Assembly: GCA_049967475.1 (NCBI GenBank)
Contig: JBMFSQ010000002.1
Span: 235,508 to 299,507, forward strand
Source: Chthonomonadales bacterium
GTDB lineage: Bacteria > Armatimonadota > Chthonomonadetes > Chthonomonadales > CAJBBX01
Reading direction: 5' to 3'
DNA length: 64,000 nucleotides
Positions within the stretch are counted from its first letter, which is position 1. Every line of letters starts with the position of its first letter. Of the stretch, positions 1-10,272 are shown piece by piece. The translations under genes were made by a program, and so were the position numbers. Below the pieces are notes generated by a model that saw only the letters and a program-made list of their open reading frames with translations, did not search any database and was not told where the DNA came from.

Positions 1-4
1 CATC

Positions 5-277
5 GTGGTAGTCGTCCTCGCCCTTGGAGCAGGCGCCTACTACGTAATCAATGGCGGTTGGGCTACGCCTGCTCAGATGGAAGCGAAATTCCAGCACGAA
101 ACCTTCCCGCTGGTGGCTGCCAAGCGCGGCGATATGGAACCTCTTGAAAAAGAGAATGCCCGCCGGAAAGCGGCAGGATTGCCTCCGCTCCAACTGAAGG
201 AAGACCGCCACGAAAGCATGCAGCAAGCCAAGCAGAAGTTGCTGGAGTTGCAGCAGAAACTGGGCCCTTCCCACTAA
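5..277 (+). CDS. Hypothetical membrane-anchored protein, probably 5'-truncated by the window edge
   Basis: Hydrophobic N-terminus (VVVLALGAGAYYVI), then a charged helical tail. The frame is open from the window start and is followed by an intrinsic terminator. Confidence 0.6.
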   Translation: MVVVLALGAGAYYVINGGWATPAQMEAKFQHETFPLVAAKRGDMEPLEKENARRKAAGLPPLQLKEDRHESMQQAKQKLLELQQKLGPSH

Positions 278-330
278 CTCCACATCCGGCCACGGTTACG
301 CATCCCGTGGCTGCACAACCCTCCCGCAAC

Positions 331-371
331 GGCCGCCCTTCTCTTATCCAAGGGCAGGGCGGCCTCTTTTT
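331..371 (+). terminator. Rho-independent terminator
   Basis: Stem GGCCGCCCT (331-339) / AGGGCGGCC (356-364) followed by TCTTTTT. Confidence 0.75.
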
Positions 372-432
372 CGTTTGCCTTTTGCCCCCTCTTTGAGCCC
401 ATAATCTCTCATCCCACAGCAGGGAAGCCCGC

Positions 433-1938
433 ATGGCCAACCTCCTCCTGGCCCACGACCTAGGCACAACCGGCAATAAGGCAGTCCTCTTCCATGACGA
501 CGGCCGCATCTTGGCCTCTGCATTTCGCCCCTATGCTACCCAGCGACCGCACGTGGGCTGGGCCGAACAGAACCCCCTCCATTGGTGGAACGCCGTATGC
601 GAGACGACACAAGAGATCTTCCACCAGCATCCTGAGGCGCGGAACAGCGTAGCAGCCGTGTCTTTCAGCGCCATTATGAATGGCTGCTTGCTGGTAGATC
701 GCCACGGCGATCCCGTGGGCCCAGCCATAATCCATGCCGACGTTCGGAGCGAGGCGGAGTGTAGGGCAATAGCGCATCTGCTGGGCGCCCGCCGCCTCTA
801 CGAGGCTACGGGACATCAGCCGTCTCCCCACTACACCCTCGGCAAACTCGCCTGGATCCTGCGCAACGAACCCCACGCTGTCCGACGCGCCGAGTGGTGC
901 CTTCAGGCCAAGGACTATCTGGCGGGGCGTTTCACCGGAGTCTATGGGTTCACGGATCCCTCCGATGCCGCCCTCACCGGGATGTACGACCTTAGAGCAG
1001 GCACGTGGTTGGCAGACGCGCTGCAGGCGGCATCCATCCCGCCACGCATCCTCCCGCAAGTGGTCGCCTCGGCGACCGTGGTGGGCACGGTGACGCAAGA
1101 GGCTGCCGCGGCAACAGGATTGGCTTCCGGCACTCCCGTTGTGCTCGGGGGAGGGGATGGAGCATGCGCCACAGTAGGAGCTGGGTGTGTGCAACCCGGC
1201 GATGCCTACCACTATGTAGGGGGCACCTCTTGGATTGCATCTGTGGCTGCCGATTGGGTGCCGCACCCGCTGGGACACGTTACGGCCTTCCCTAGCCTCG
1301 TGCCCAATCAAATCGTCCGCTACGTTACGGTGCAATCCGCCGGCTCCTGCATCGAATGGGCTCTGGACCTTTTGGGGATTGCAGGCACAAGTTCCAGCCG
1401 GTATTCCTCCCTCGAAGAACTTGCGGACACGGCCGTACCCGGCAGCCGCGATCTCTACTTCCTTCCGTATCTGGAAGGCGCCCGCGCGCCGGTTTGGGAC
1501 GCCAATGCACGTGGGGCCTTCATCGGCCTGACAGCCGCTCACACCCGTGCCGAGGTTGCCCGATCGGTTTACGAGGGCGTAGCTCTGGCGCTGGCAGCCG
1601 CCCTGGAAGATCTGAGCATCCCCGGCGAAGTGGTTCTCCGCGCGCTGGGCGGAGGCATGCGCAGCCGCCTTTGGAGGGAGATCTTCAGTGCAGTCTACCG
1701 CCGCCGCCTCCACGTGCTGGAGCGATTGTCGGAAGCTACGGCTTGTGGAGCCGCTGTGGCCGCAGGCATCGGCGTTGGGCTCCTGCCGTCTTGGGAAGAG
1801 GCACGCCGCTTCGCGCCGATTGCCTTCTCGACGGAGCCGGATGCACGCACCGCCGACGTGTACCGGTCGGCAGCGCTTTTCTTCCGCACCCTTTACCCGT
1901 CTCTGGCGCCGCACTTCGCCCAGCTCGCCCGCCGCTAA
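433..1938 (+). CDS. xylB: FGGY-family sugar kinase (xylulokinase-like)
   Basis: N-terminal DLGTTGNKAV, QAKDYL, TDPSDA, GGGDGACA, YFLPYLEGARAP and GGG motifs typical of FGGY kinases. xylA lies about 4 kb downstream. The substrate is not certain. Confidence 0.75.
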   Translation: MANLLLAHDLGTTGNKAVLFHDDGRILASAFRPYATQRPHVGWAEQNPLHWWNAVCETTQEIFHQHPEARNSVAAVSFSAIMNGCLLVDRHGDPVGPAIIHADVRSEAECRAIAHLLGARRLYEATGHQPSPHYTLGKLAWILRNEPHAVRRAEWCLQAKDYLAGRFTGVYGFTDPSDAALTGMYDLRAGTWLADALQAASIPPRILPQVVASATVVGTVTQEAAAATGLASGTPVVLGGGDGACATVGAGCVQPGDAYHYVGGTSWIASVAADWVPHPLGHVTAFPSLVPNQIVRYVTVQSAGSCIEWALDLLGIAGTSSSRYSSLEELADTAVPGSRDLYFLPYLEGARAPVWDANARGAFIGLTAAHTRAEVARSVYEGVALALAAALEDLSIPGEVVLRALGGGMRSRLWREIFSAVYRRRLHVLERLSEATACGAAVAAGIGVGLLPSWEEARRFAPIAFSTEPDARTADVYRSAALFFRTLYPSLAPHFAQLARR

Positions 1939-2396
1939 GGATGCGGGTTTTCAGGCCGGCGAAACGTCCAGTGTTTGTTGGCGAAGAAGTTCCAAAAGAC
2001 CACAATCACCATTGCGGTGAGTGTGGCCGCAATGAACAGCGGCTTAGTGGGATGCTGCCCTTTCCACGTTCCCGTGCCGATGAAGAACACGGCCTTCATG
2101 ATGGCCAGGTTCAACGCCCAGCCCACCACATTCACTCCAAAAAACATGGCGTACTGCTCGTGCCCGCTTCGATGGCCCACAGCCCGGAAGGTCCACCTCT
2201 GGTTCCAGATGAAGCCGTTGGTGACGGCCAGGCTAAAGGAGATCGTCTTCGCCAGCACCCACCACAAGTACAGGTGGAAGGTAAGGAACCACGACACCCC
2301 GAAATCTATGGCGAAGCTCGAGGCGCCTACGATGCAGAACTTGATGAACTGCCTAAGACCGGGTTTGTTGAGCACTGCGGCGACGGTAGTTTCCAT
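1935..2396 (-). CDS. GtrA-family membrane protein
   Basis: QFIKFCIVG...NQRWTF...NFFANKHWTF pattern with four hydrophobic segments. Start trimmed to METTV (ATG at 2396). Confidence 0.85.
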   Translation of the reverse strand: METTVAAVLNKPGLRQFIKFCIVGASSFAIDFGVSWFLTFHLYLWWVLAKTISFSLAVTNGFIWNQRWTFRAVGHRSGHEQYAMFFGVNVVGWALNLAIMKAVFFIGTGTWKGQHPTKPLFIAATLTAMVIVVFWNFFANKHWTFRRPENPHP

Positions 2397-2527
2397 GAAC
2401 ACCCAAAATCGGCGAAGAGTACATGCGGCTTCGGGCATCACTGCTGTATGAAGCGGATTATACCCCCGCGCGCCGCATTCCAACCCGGTGCGGCGATGCG
2501 GGCTGCAACTCACACGGAGGTTCTTCC

Positions 2528-3850
2528 ATGTTCGAACCCTCTCCCATGCCTTCTCTGTTGTGGCTTTGCCATGCAGCGCTCTTGCTGACCGTGGCAGCGG
2601 GCGCAACGTTTGCCGCAGCCCCCGGCCCGCAACCTGCTCATCCTTATGTGGACGTAACGTCCTTCGGTGCCCGTGGCGATGGAACTACCGATGACACCGC
2701 TGCATTCCAGCGCGCCATGGACGAAGCCGCCAAATCGGGCGGAGGCACCGTACTGGCGCCTCGAGGCACCTATCTCTTCAAAGGGCATCTGGACGTACCC
2801 AGCGCAGTGACCCTCCAGGGCATCTGGACGTCCGTCCCGTCGCACAACGGCATCCGCGACAAGGGCCTCCCTAAACCCACCGACGATGGTACCACCTTTC
2901 TCGTAACGGAAGGGGCCGGCAAGGAAGATGCAGCGCCTTTCATCACACTGCATACCAACAGCACTCTGCGCGGCGTGGTTCTGTACTATCCCGCGCAGAA
3001 GCCCGACGACACGCCCGTGCCCTTCCCGTGGGCCATCGCCATGCGCGGCAAGAACCCGGCGGTTCTCGATGTGGAACTCCTCAACCCCTACAATGGGATA
3101 GACGCTACTCAGAATGAACGGCACCTCATCCGCAACGTGTCGGGACAGCCCCTGCGTCGGGGAGTGATGGTAGACGCCATCTACGATATCGGCCGCATCG
3201 AGAATGTACACTTCAACCCATGGTGGAGCGTAGCGTCGAAGGTTCTGGACTATCAGATGAAGCACGGCGAAGCCTTTATCTTCGGCCGCACCGATTGGCA
3301 GTACGTGCTCAACACCTTCTGTTTCGGCTACCATGTGGGATATCACTTTGTGCAGACACACAACGGCGTATGCAATGGGAACTTCCTGGGCATCGGCGCC
3401 GATGACTGTGAGACATCGCTCGTAGTGGATCAGTGCGCTCCCTATGGCCTTCTCATCACCAACGGCGAGTTCGTGTCCTTCCACGGGCCGGATCCAACCA
3501 TGGTAGCTGTGGGCAGCGGGAACTCGGGCAGCATCCGGTTCGTCAATTGCGCCTTTTGGGGACCTTGCAATCAGATCGCCCGCATCTCGGGCCACGGAAC
3601 TGTCGGCTTCAGCGATTGCACTTTTGTGCAATGGGATCGAGCGGGAGAGGGTCGAGCGGCCCTTCGCGTGGAGAGCGGCAGTGTCCTCGTGCGGGGATGC
3701 GAATTCCGTGAGAACAAGCCCCAGGTGGAGCTTGGCGAGCATGTGCGCCGCGCGGTGATCACAGGGAACCTGTTCACGGGTTCGGCGCGCATCCGCAACG
3801 CATCCAGTGGAAGCGTAGTAATCGCCGATAATAGCACCAGCGAACGTTGA
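2528..3850 (+). CDS. Secreted pectate-lyase-superfamily / GH28-related beta-helix protein
   Basis: GGAGG RBS at 2516-2520, a signal peptide, the VDVTSFGARGDGTTDDTAAFQRA...GGTVLAPRGTY motif, and beta-helix-like repeats. Confidence 0.8.
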   Translation: MFEPSPMPSLLWLCHAALLLTVAAGATFAAAPGPQPAHPYVDVTSFGARGDGTTDDTAAFQRAMDEAAKSGGGTVLAPRGTYLFKGHLDVPSAVTLQGIWTSVPSHNGIRDKGLPKPTDDGTTFLVTEGAGKEDAAPFITLHTNSTLRGVVLYYPAQKPDDTPVPFPWAIAMRGKNPAVLDVELLNPYNGIDATQNERHLIRNVSGQPLRRGVMVDAIYDIGRIENVHFNPWWSVASKVLDYQMKHGEAFIFGRTDWQYVLNTFCFGYHVGYHFVQTHNGVCNGNFLGIGADDCETSLVVDQCAPYGLLITNGEFVSFHGPDPTMVAVGSGNSGSIRFVNCAFWGPCNQIARISGHGTVGFSDCTFVQWDRAGEGRAALRVESGSVLVRGCEFRENKPQVELGEHVRRAVITGNLFTGSARIRNASSGSVVIADNSTSER

Positions 3851-3889
3851 GGCTCTAGGAAGGCCTTATGAACCCATGGGTCTGGCCGG

Positions 3890-3918
3890 TTGCCGCCTCA
3901 GACGCACTATGGTACATT
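3890..3918 (+). promoter_or_regulatory. Putative sigma70 promoter with extended -10
   Basis: TTGCCG-N17-TACATT with TG just upstream of the -10. Confidence 0.45.
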
Positions 3919-4046
3919 GAGATCGGGAACCTTGGCGTGCCGCACAAGGCGCCCTAAATAGGGTAAGGCTTCAAAATCAGGCGTTCGTTGACCGCATCTG
4001 CCTCGTTATGGGGCAGAGCGGATATCGCATAGGAGGAACCTGCAGT

Positions 4047-5474
4047 ATGAGAAGCCCATTTGCCGTGGTACTCTGTCTTGCGACCGCTGTCCCCTTCCTC
4101 GCCGGTTGCGGTGGAGGAGGGGGAGGAGGCGGTTACTCGGGCGGGCCGGTCACAGGCGTGTGGACTGGAAGCGTCAGCCCGTCAAGGTCCGCCTCACGTC
4201 AATCCACCGTGAACACCCTCGAGCTGGATTTTGTGCAGAACGGCACCAACCTCTCAGGCACAGCGCGTCTCATCAAACCCAACAGTCCCCCGCCCTTCGT
4301 CGGCAGCTTTACCGGGACGATTACAAACCCCGGCATCGGCGCCACAGTGGACATCACCATCACGTGGACGAGCGGAAACCAGGGGACCAGTCAGTTCCAC
4401 GGTACCATCCAACCCGACGGCAGCCTCACCGGCACCTTGACGGGCAGCAATGCCGACGGCAATGTGAAGGTTACCAAGTACAATAAGGACACCCCCACCA
4501 ACCTTGCATCCATGATCTTCAGTGGGTACTCCTCGGACGACGGATCTCAGTACAAGGATCCTTTGGGCTTCACCATCACCTCACAAGACGGCAACATGAT
4601 TTCGCTGGTCCTAGAGAATGACACCCAGGCCTCAGGGTACGTGCTGGGAGACCATGTAACGCTTACGGTTCCGGAAACCGACGGCACGAACTACATTGAC
4701 GGCACCCTCTCGGGCAACACCATCAGCGGGAAGTGGATGTGGGTTCCCTCCGGCTCCGGCCAGAATCGCACCGGCACCTTCACGGCAACCCGGGCGAGCG
4801 GGCCCGCTTCTGTAGAGGGAGTGTGGACGGGCGCCTTCTCCACCCGATCCGCAGGCACGGTGGAACTCGATCTTACCCGCAGCAACACTACCGTGGGAGG
4901 CGTCGCGCGCCTGATCATGGGGTCGGGCGTGTCTGCCACTGTGTGGGCCGGCCCCGTTACCGGCAAGGTTATGGGGAATACCCTCAGGTTTACAACGACG
5001 TGGAACATCGGAACTCCGGGCGGGATGGAGGTAACCGTGCTCGCCGGGTCGGACGGCAAGCTTATGGGAACTTATGACCGCCTCGACCAAAACGGCTCCT
5101 ACGTGGAAACTGGAGACTTCGTCCTCTCCAAGGGTCCTGCCACGCCTAGCCTGGCGCCATACTACGCCGGGTACTACATCAATAGCGCCGACCCCAACAA
5201 AACGCACTATCCCGTGTCTTTCACACTGGGATCCCAGAACGGCAACGTCATCACCGGCACGACGCATTCCCAAGACCCCGACGGCCCGCATACCAACACA
5301 GCCGAAGGGTTGATCATCGGCAACCACCTGATGATGAAGTTGACCGGAGGCGGGGGCAGTTCCACATATCTGGACTGCACTTTGAGCGGCCAGACCATCA
5401 ATGGAACCTGGTTCAACCCTGGGGACAATGTATCTGGAACGCTCGTTCTAACAGTAACGGTACAGCCCGAGTAG
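4047..5474 (+). CDS. Lipoprotein with four tandem beta-barrel-like repeats
   Basis: AGGAGG RBS, lipobox LAGC, poly-Gly tether, then four ~100-110 aa Gly/Thr-rich repeats (GVWTG...LELD occurs twice). Confidence 0.8.
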   Translation: MRSPFAVVLCLATAVPFLAGCGGGGGGGGYSGGPVTGVWTGSVSPSRSASRQSTVNTLELDFVQNGTNLSGTARLIKPNSPPPFVGSFTGTITNPGIGATVDITITWTSGNQGTSQFHGTIQPDGSLTGTLTGSNADGNVKVTKYNKDTPTNLASMIFSGYSSDDGSQYKDPLGFTITSQDGNMISLVLENDTQASGYVLGDHVTLTVPETDGTNYIDGTLSGNTISGKWMWVPSGSGQNRTGTFTATRASGPASVEGVWTGAFSTRSAGTVELDLTRSNTTVGGVARLIMGSGVSATVWAGPVTGKVMGNTLRFTTTWNIGTPGGMEVTVLAGSDGKLMGTYDRLDQNGSYVETGDFVLSKGPATPSLAPYYAGYYINSADPNKTHYPVSFTLGSQNGNVITGTTHSQDPDGPHTNTAEGLIIGNHLMMKLTGGGGSSTYLDCTLSGQTINGTWFNPGDNVSGTLVLTVTVQPE

Positions 5475-5513
5475 CGTCTTACCTGCCCTTCCGGCTGCAC
5501 AGGAGAACCCTCA

Positions 5514-5549
5514 AGGGGCCGGCGCGATCGGTGCGCCGGCCCCTCTTTG
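5514..5549 (+). terminator. Rho-independent terminator
   Basis: GGGGCCGGCGC / GCGCCGGCCCC stem followed by TCTTT. Confidence 0.7.
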
Positions 5550-5632
5550 GCGGCGGCACGCAGGAGATCGCGGTCCTTTCACCGAAACCCATACGCACAC
5601 GCATTCGACAACACCCGTCTGAGAGGTACGCC

Positions 5633-6802
5633 ATGGCTGATTACACGCCGCAGAAAACCGACAAGTTCACCTTCGGATTGTGGACCGTGGGGAACCGCGG
5701 CCGCGATCCTTTTGGCGAAGCCACCCGAGACGCCCTGAGCCCCATCCGCATCGTTCAGAAGCTCTCCGAATTGGGAGCCTACGGCGTCAATCTTCACGAT
5801 AACGACCTCGTGCCCATTGACGCCTCCGCCTCCGAGCGCGACCGCATCGTTCGGGAGTTCAAGAAAGCACTGGACGACACCGGCATGAAGGTTCCCATGG
5901 CCACCACCAATCTCTTCTATGACCCGATCTTCAAAGACGGTGCCTTCACCAGCAGCGATGCCAAGGTGCGCGCCTACGCCGTTCAAAAGACGATGCGGGC
6001 CATGGACCTCGGAGCAGAACTCGGCGCCGAGGTGTACGTGTTTTGGGGCGGCCGAGAGGGTGCAGAGGTAGACGCCGCCAAAGATCCCGTGGAGGCACTC
6101 AAGTGGATGCGGGAGTGCATCAATTTCCTCATCGGGTACAACAAGCATCAGGGATACAACCTCAAATTCGCCCTGGAAGCCAAACCCAACGAACCCCGCG
6201 GCGACATCTACCTCGCCACCACAGGCCACATGCTTGCCTTCATCGAGACGCTGGATGACCCATCCATGGTAGGCGTCAATCCCGAAGTGGCCCACGAGAC
6301 GATGGCCGGCCTAAACTTTATGCACTCCGTGGCCCAGGCGCTGGCCGCAGGCAAGCTCTTCCACATTGACCTCAATGCCCAAAAGCCCGGTCGCTTCGAC
6401 CAGGACCTGCGCTTTGGCCAGGAGGACGTAAAGGCCGCCTTCTTCCTGGTGATGCTGCTGGAGAACGGCGGATACCAGGGCTCGCGTCACTTCGATGCCC
6501 ATCCCTTGCGAACAGAAGGCGAAGAGGGCGTGTGGGAGTTCGCTCGCGGGTGCATGCGCACCTACCTCATCCTGAAGGAAAAGGTGCACCGCTTCAACAC
6601 CGATGCGGAGATCCAGGGTCTTCTGCACGCCCGCAAGGCCGATCCGGACGGGCTGGCCGCGGTCCTGGCAGCAGGTTACTCTCCCCAGGCGGCCCAGCGC
6701 ATCTCGGCCTTGCAGGTAGACCGGCTCGCCTATGGACGCAAGGACCTAGGGTTGGAGCGGATAGACCAGCTCACCATGGAAGTGCTCTTGGGCGTGCGAT
6801 AG
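5633..6802 (+). CDS. xylA: Xylose isomerase (short, class I Streptomyces/Thermus type)
   Basis: [45 protein letters not shown] and FDQD motifs. GAGAGG RBS before ATG 5633. Confidence 0.95.
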   Translation: MADYTPQKTDKFTFGLWTVGNRGRDPFGEATRDALSPIRIVQKLSELGAYGVNLHDNDLVPIDASASERDRIVREFKKALDDTGMKVPMATTNLFYDPIFKDGAFTSSDAKVRAYAVQKTMRAMDLGAELGAEVYVFWGGREGAEVDAAKDPVEALKWMRECINFLIGYNKHQGYNLKFALEAKPNEPRGDIYLATTGHMLAFIETLDDPSMVGVNPEVAHETMAGLNFMHSVAQALAAGKLFHIDLNAQKPGRFDQDLRFGQEDVKAAFFLVMLLENGGYQGSRHFDAHPLRTEGEEGVWEFARGCMRTYLILKEKVHRFNTDAEIQGLLHARKADPDGLAAVLAAGYSPQAAQRISALQVDRLAYGRKDLGLERIDQLTMEVLLGVR

Positions 6803-6821
6803 CGCTTCAGGAGGATGTTTT

Positions 6822-9416
6822 TTGGAATTCCGGAGCCTTCGCCTAACGATCCCCATTGCCTGCTGCGCGGCTGTGTGGCTTGCAGCCTATAGCAGCGCCT
6901 TCGCGCAGGGGGATGGACAGGCCCTATACGACCCCATGCGCCCAGTCATGATGCTGGGCCGGGATCGCGCCACGATCCAGTGGTTCACACGCACTCCCTG
7001 CGTCACTCGGCTGCAAGTCCGCAGGGGGTTGCTTCCCTGCCGCACCTACGGTGTAGCACAGGATGCGTGGAAGTCCGCAGATGTACAGGTCCTTGCCGGC
7101 TCGCCGGGATTGCACACCTACCACAGGATCACGATTTCGCACCTCGCTCCCGGTACGCGCTATTATTACCGGTGCTATGACCCGGGGGCCGAACCGACTA
7201 CGGTGGAAGAGGCCTGGGGCGCCGAAAGGCCCTGGAGGCGCGAATGGGCATTCAGCACCCTGGCGCCACGAGGCCGAAAGACCATCCTTCGCATCCCAGT
7301 AAAAGTCCTCCTAATGCCGAACGTGGTCAACGTTGCCTCGGCGCACCTGCCCGGCGGGCGCGTGCAGCCACCTCCTCCCGACCTCACGCTCAAGGAGATT
7401 AGCCGCATACGCGACGAGTATGCAACGGCTGCGCGCTTCCTGTTCATCAACAATGGAATGCGCGTATGGTACGACTTCCATATCTTCGTAGACGGCCGCC
7501 GCCAGCGATGGGGGCCGGAGCCCGCCAACGTGTCCCCGATCTACAAAGGATGGCCGCTCTGCCGCAGTTACGCCGGAACCGATTTTGCCCCTCCGGGTGG
7601 CGGCGATTTCACCATCGTGGACACGCAGAACCTCCAACGTGCCGGCAAAGAACCCGTGCGGGAGCCCTTCCCGTACGTGGGGCAGATCGAGCAAGCCTTC
7701 CCGCGGAGATGGGATGACGCAAAGAAGCAATGGGTGTTTTACAACAGTGGCGGGGGAACATTGGGGGCGGACGATTGGCCGCGCGGCACACCCGGCCGGT
7801 CGCAGTTCCTAGGCGGCGGCGACACCGCATGGCTGGCGACACACGAATTCCATCACCAAATCGAAGCACTCGGCGCCCTTTCCTTTGGTACCGATGAGAA
7901 CGACCGAGTGATTTTCGATCATTTCTTCCCGCGCCGGCGCCTCCGCAAGCCCGACGGCTCCTACGAGGAATGGACTTGGCAGACGAGCTGGGCACATGGG
8001 GAACACTGGGACGGTATCAGCTTCTTTGACCGCCTCTTAACCCCCGTACAGTGGCTCCGCTTCCTGTTTGGGGAGACCCTCACCGTGGCCGACGCCGACG
8101 AAGACGGCGTTCCGGATGACGATCCGCGCCTCCCCTTCGATGAGAAGCGCTTCGGATCAGATCCCCACAAAGCAGCCACGAGCGGCGGCGTAGGAGATCT
8201 GGCCCGCATCCAGCAAAGCACATGGGCGCCGTGCCCCCTAACATCCACGTGGAACAAAGCGCCCTACCCCTTGCGGCGGCCCAATCCCAAAGCCATGGAC
8301 ACGGACGCCGACGGCCTCCCCGACACCGTAGACCCGTATCCCCTCTACCCGTGGGAACCCTTCATCTGGCCAATGACCGCCACGGTGGACGGTGATGCCC
8401 AAGAGTGGACCCACATTCCATTGGCTGGGACCAATGCTGCCCATGGCGTCACCATTCGCTTCCGGCAAGGCCACGACGACACCGCCTATTACGCCTGCTT
8501 CCAGATGAAGGGGCCCTGGGCGAAGGTGGCAGTTGGGCTCGACGGAGAAGGGCTAGGCTACTACACCACCGACAGCACCTATGCGTTCGACATCCTCAAC
8601 GAGAACGGCCGGGTGGAACTTCATCCCACCAGCGCCAACCATTGCCCTGGGTTGACTTGGAAAGCCCTAACGGATGGCGCAGGCGAAACCACGGTCGAAG
8701 TCGCCATACCCAACCGCGGAGAAGGGCTCTGGTTCTGGACTGGCGGCGGAAGGCCTGTAGGAGCCGCCATAAGCCTCTGGACAACTTCCGGCGCGCCGCT
8801 CTCCATCTACGATCCATACCATTTCTTCTACGCTCGCATGCTCCAGCGCTTCGGCAGGGCAGAACTGCCCCCGGATGCCCCGGCAGAACTTCAGCCGGGA
8901 CCAGGAGTTGCATCCTACGACTTCACGGCGGGTCCCCCACCCAAACCATGGCGCTTCGTAGCTGCAGCGTGGACCTGGCGGGACGCAGCGATGCGCTTTT
9001 CGGCAGATACTGCCGACACCTCTCTTGCGCTGCAGGTGCCGCCCACCCGCGACTTCGACCTGTGGGCCGAAGCGCAGGCTCTGAACGATCTTCATTTAGG
9101 GGCGTGGCCCCAAACCGTGCCGGTACCGGACAATATGAACGGATATGTGTCCTTTGTGGGCGGCTTCGGGAACGCACGGTCCATGATACGCGTCGGTTCA
9201 TCCGACGTGGCTGCCGAAGACGTAGGGCTTCGCCCAGGGAAGCATACCGTTCAATTGACGCGGAGGCGAGGGCAACTGTGGCTGCTGTACGACGGCAGGC
9301 CCCTATTGTTTGCCCGTGACCCCAACCCTTCTACCCTTGTAACGCGCATAGGTTTTCTTGGAGGATGGGGTGGGGCCCAGGCCATCTACCGCGTTCGCGT
9401 CCGTCTGGGTGATTAG
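6822..9416 (+). CDS. Large secreted multidomain hypothetical protein (FN3-like, HExxH, DxDxDG motifs)
   Basis: AGGAGG RBS before TTG, signal peptide, HRITISHLAPGTRYYYRC (FN3-like), THEFHHQIE, DADEDGVPDD and DTDADGLPDTVDPYP. Confidence 0.75.
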   Translation: MEFRSLRLTIPIACCAAVWLAAYSSAFAQGDGQALYDPMRPVMMLGRDRATIQWFTRTPCVTRLQVRRGLLPCRTYGVAQDAWKSADVQVLAGSPGLHTYHRITISHLAPGTRYYYRCYDPGAEPTTVEEAWGAERPWRREWAFSTLAPRGRKTILRIPVKVLLMPNVVNVASAHLPGGRVQPPPPDLTLKEISRIRDEYATAARFLFINNGMRVWYDFHIFVDGRRQRWGPEPANVSPIYKGWPLCRSYAGTDFAPPGGGDFTIVDTQNLQRAGKEPVREPFPYVGQIEQAFPRRWDDAKKQWVFYNSGGGTLGADDWPRGTPGRSQFLGGGDTAWLATHEFHHQIEALGALSFGTDENDRVIFDHFFPRRRLRKPDGSYEEWTWQTSWAHGEHWDGISFFDRLLTPVQWLRFLFGETLTVADADEDGVPDDDPRLPFDEKRFGSDPHKAATSGGVGDLARIQQSTWAPCPLTSTWNKAPYPLRRPNPKAMDTDADGLPDTVDPYPLYPWEPFIWPMTATVDGDAQEWTHIPLAGTNAAHGVTIRFRQGHDDTAYYACFQMKGPWAKVAVGLDGEGLGYYTTDSTYAFDILNENGRVELHPTSANHCPGLTWKALTDGAGETTVEVAIPNRGEGLWFWTGGGRPVGAAISLWTTSGAPLSIYDPYHFFYARMLQRFGRAELPPDAPAELQPGPGVASYDFTAGPPPKPWRFVAAAWTWRDAAMRFSADTADTSLALQVPPTRDFDLWAEAQALNDLHLGAWPQTVPVPDNMNGYVSFVGGFGNARSMIRVGSSDVAAEDVGLRPGKHTVQLTRRRGQLWLLYDGRPLLFARDPNPSTLVTRIGFLGGWGGAQAIYRVRVRLGD

Positions 9417-9453
9417 GCTCTCGAGTACAATCCCCATGGGAAAGGAATGGGAC

Positions 9454-10272
9454 TTGGATCTGCTGATTTGCGGTACGAGCGCAGCCGAGGCATGGCCCGC
9501 AATCTTCTGCACCTGTGAGGCGTGCACACGAGCCCGCCGGCAGGGCGGAAAGAACAGGCGGACCCGGGCGGCCTATATGCTCGGCGACCGTGTCCGAGTG
9601 GATTTCGGACCGGACACGAATTGCCATCAGCTCCACTATAATCTCGACCTGGGCGCCCTGGAGCACATCCTCGTTACCCACAGCCATGATGACCACTGGT
9701 CGCCCATGGACCTAAACTACCGAAGTCCGGGCTTCTCCGACGTGCCGGACCACCTCCTCACCGTATGGGGCAATGAGGCCGTGGAGCGCTCGCTCTCCGA
9801 AGCGTGTGGCACCGATCTCGCCAGGCTCCGCCTCAAGTTCCATCGCATTGAAGCCTTTCGGGAAGCAGATTTGGGGAATGGCGCTGTGGCGATACCCGTG
9901 CCTGCGGCCCATGACCCCAAGGAGCTGTGCGTGAACTACCGCCTCCATGTGGGAGGCCGCACCCTCCTCCTGGGTCATGACACCGGATGGTATCCCGAGG
10001 ACACCTGGGCTTTCCTCGGCGGTGTACCCCTCCACGTGGTAATCCTGGACTGCACCTACGGCCCCGTGGAAAGTTGCGAAGGGCATATGGGCTGTTCCTA
10101 TGTGGTGCGTGCCCGGGACGAACTCGCCCGCCGCGGCGCCCTTGCCCCCGATGCCCGTGTAATCGCAACGCATTTCAGCCACAACGGAGGCTGGCTGCAC
10201 GAAGACTTGGAGGATTACTTCGCGCCGCACGGCATCGAGGTCGCCTACGATGGCATGCGCATCCCCCTTTAG
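9454..10272 (+). CDS. MBL-fold metallohydrolase (PhnP-like)
   Basis: GTSAAE...CTCEAC N-terminus, THSHDDH, HDTG, DCT and THFSH. Likely TTG start at 9454 (alternative ATG at 9436). Confidence 0.85.
   Translation: MDLLICGTSAAEAWPAIFCTCEACTRARRQGGKNRRTRAAYMLGDRVRVDFGPDTNCHQLHYNLDLGALEHILVTHSHDDHWSPMDLNYRSPGFSDVPDHLLTVWGNEAVERSLSEACGTDLARLRLKFHRIEAFREADLGNGAVAIPVPAAHDPKELCVNYRLHVGGRTLLLGHDTGWYPEDTWAFLGGVPLHVVILDCTYGPVESCEGHMGCSYVVRARDELARRGALAPDARVIATHFSHNGGWLHEDLEDYFAPHGIEVAYDGMRIPL

Noticed and set aside
4110..4133. GGN run as a phase-variable repeat
   Set aside because: It encodes a poly-Gly lipoprotein tether with mixed codons, not a pure slippage tract.
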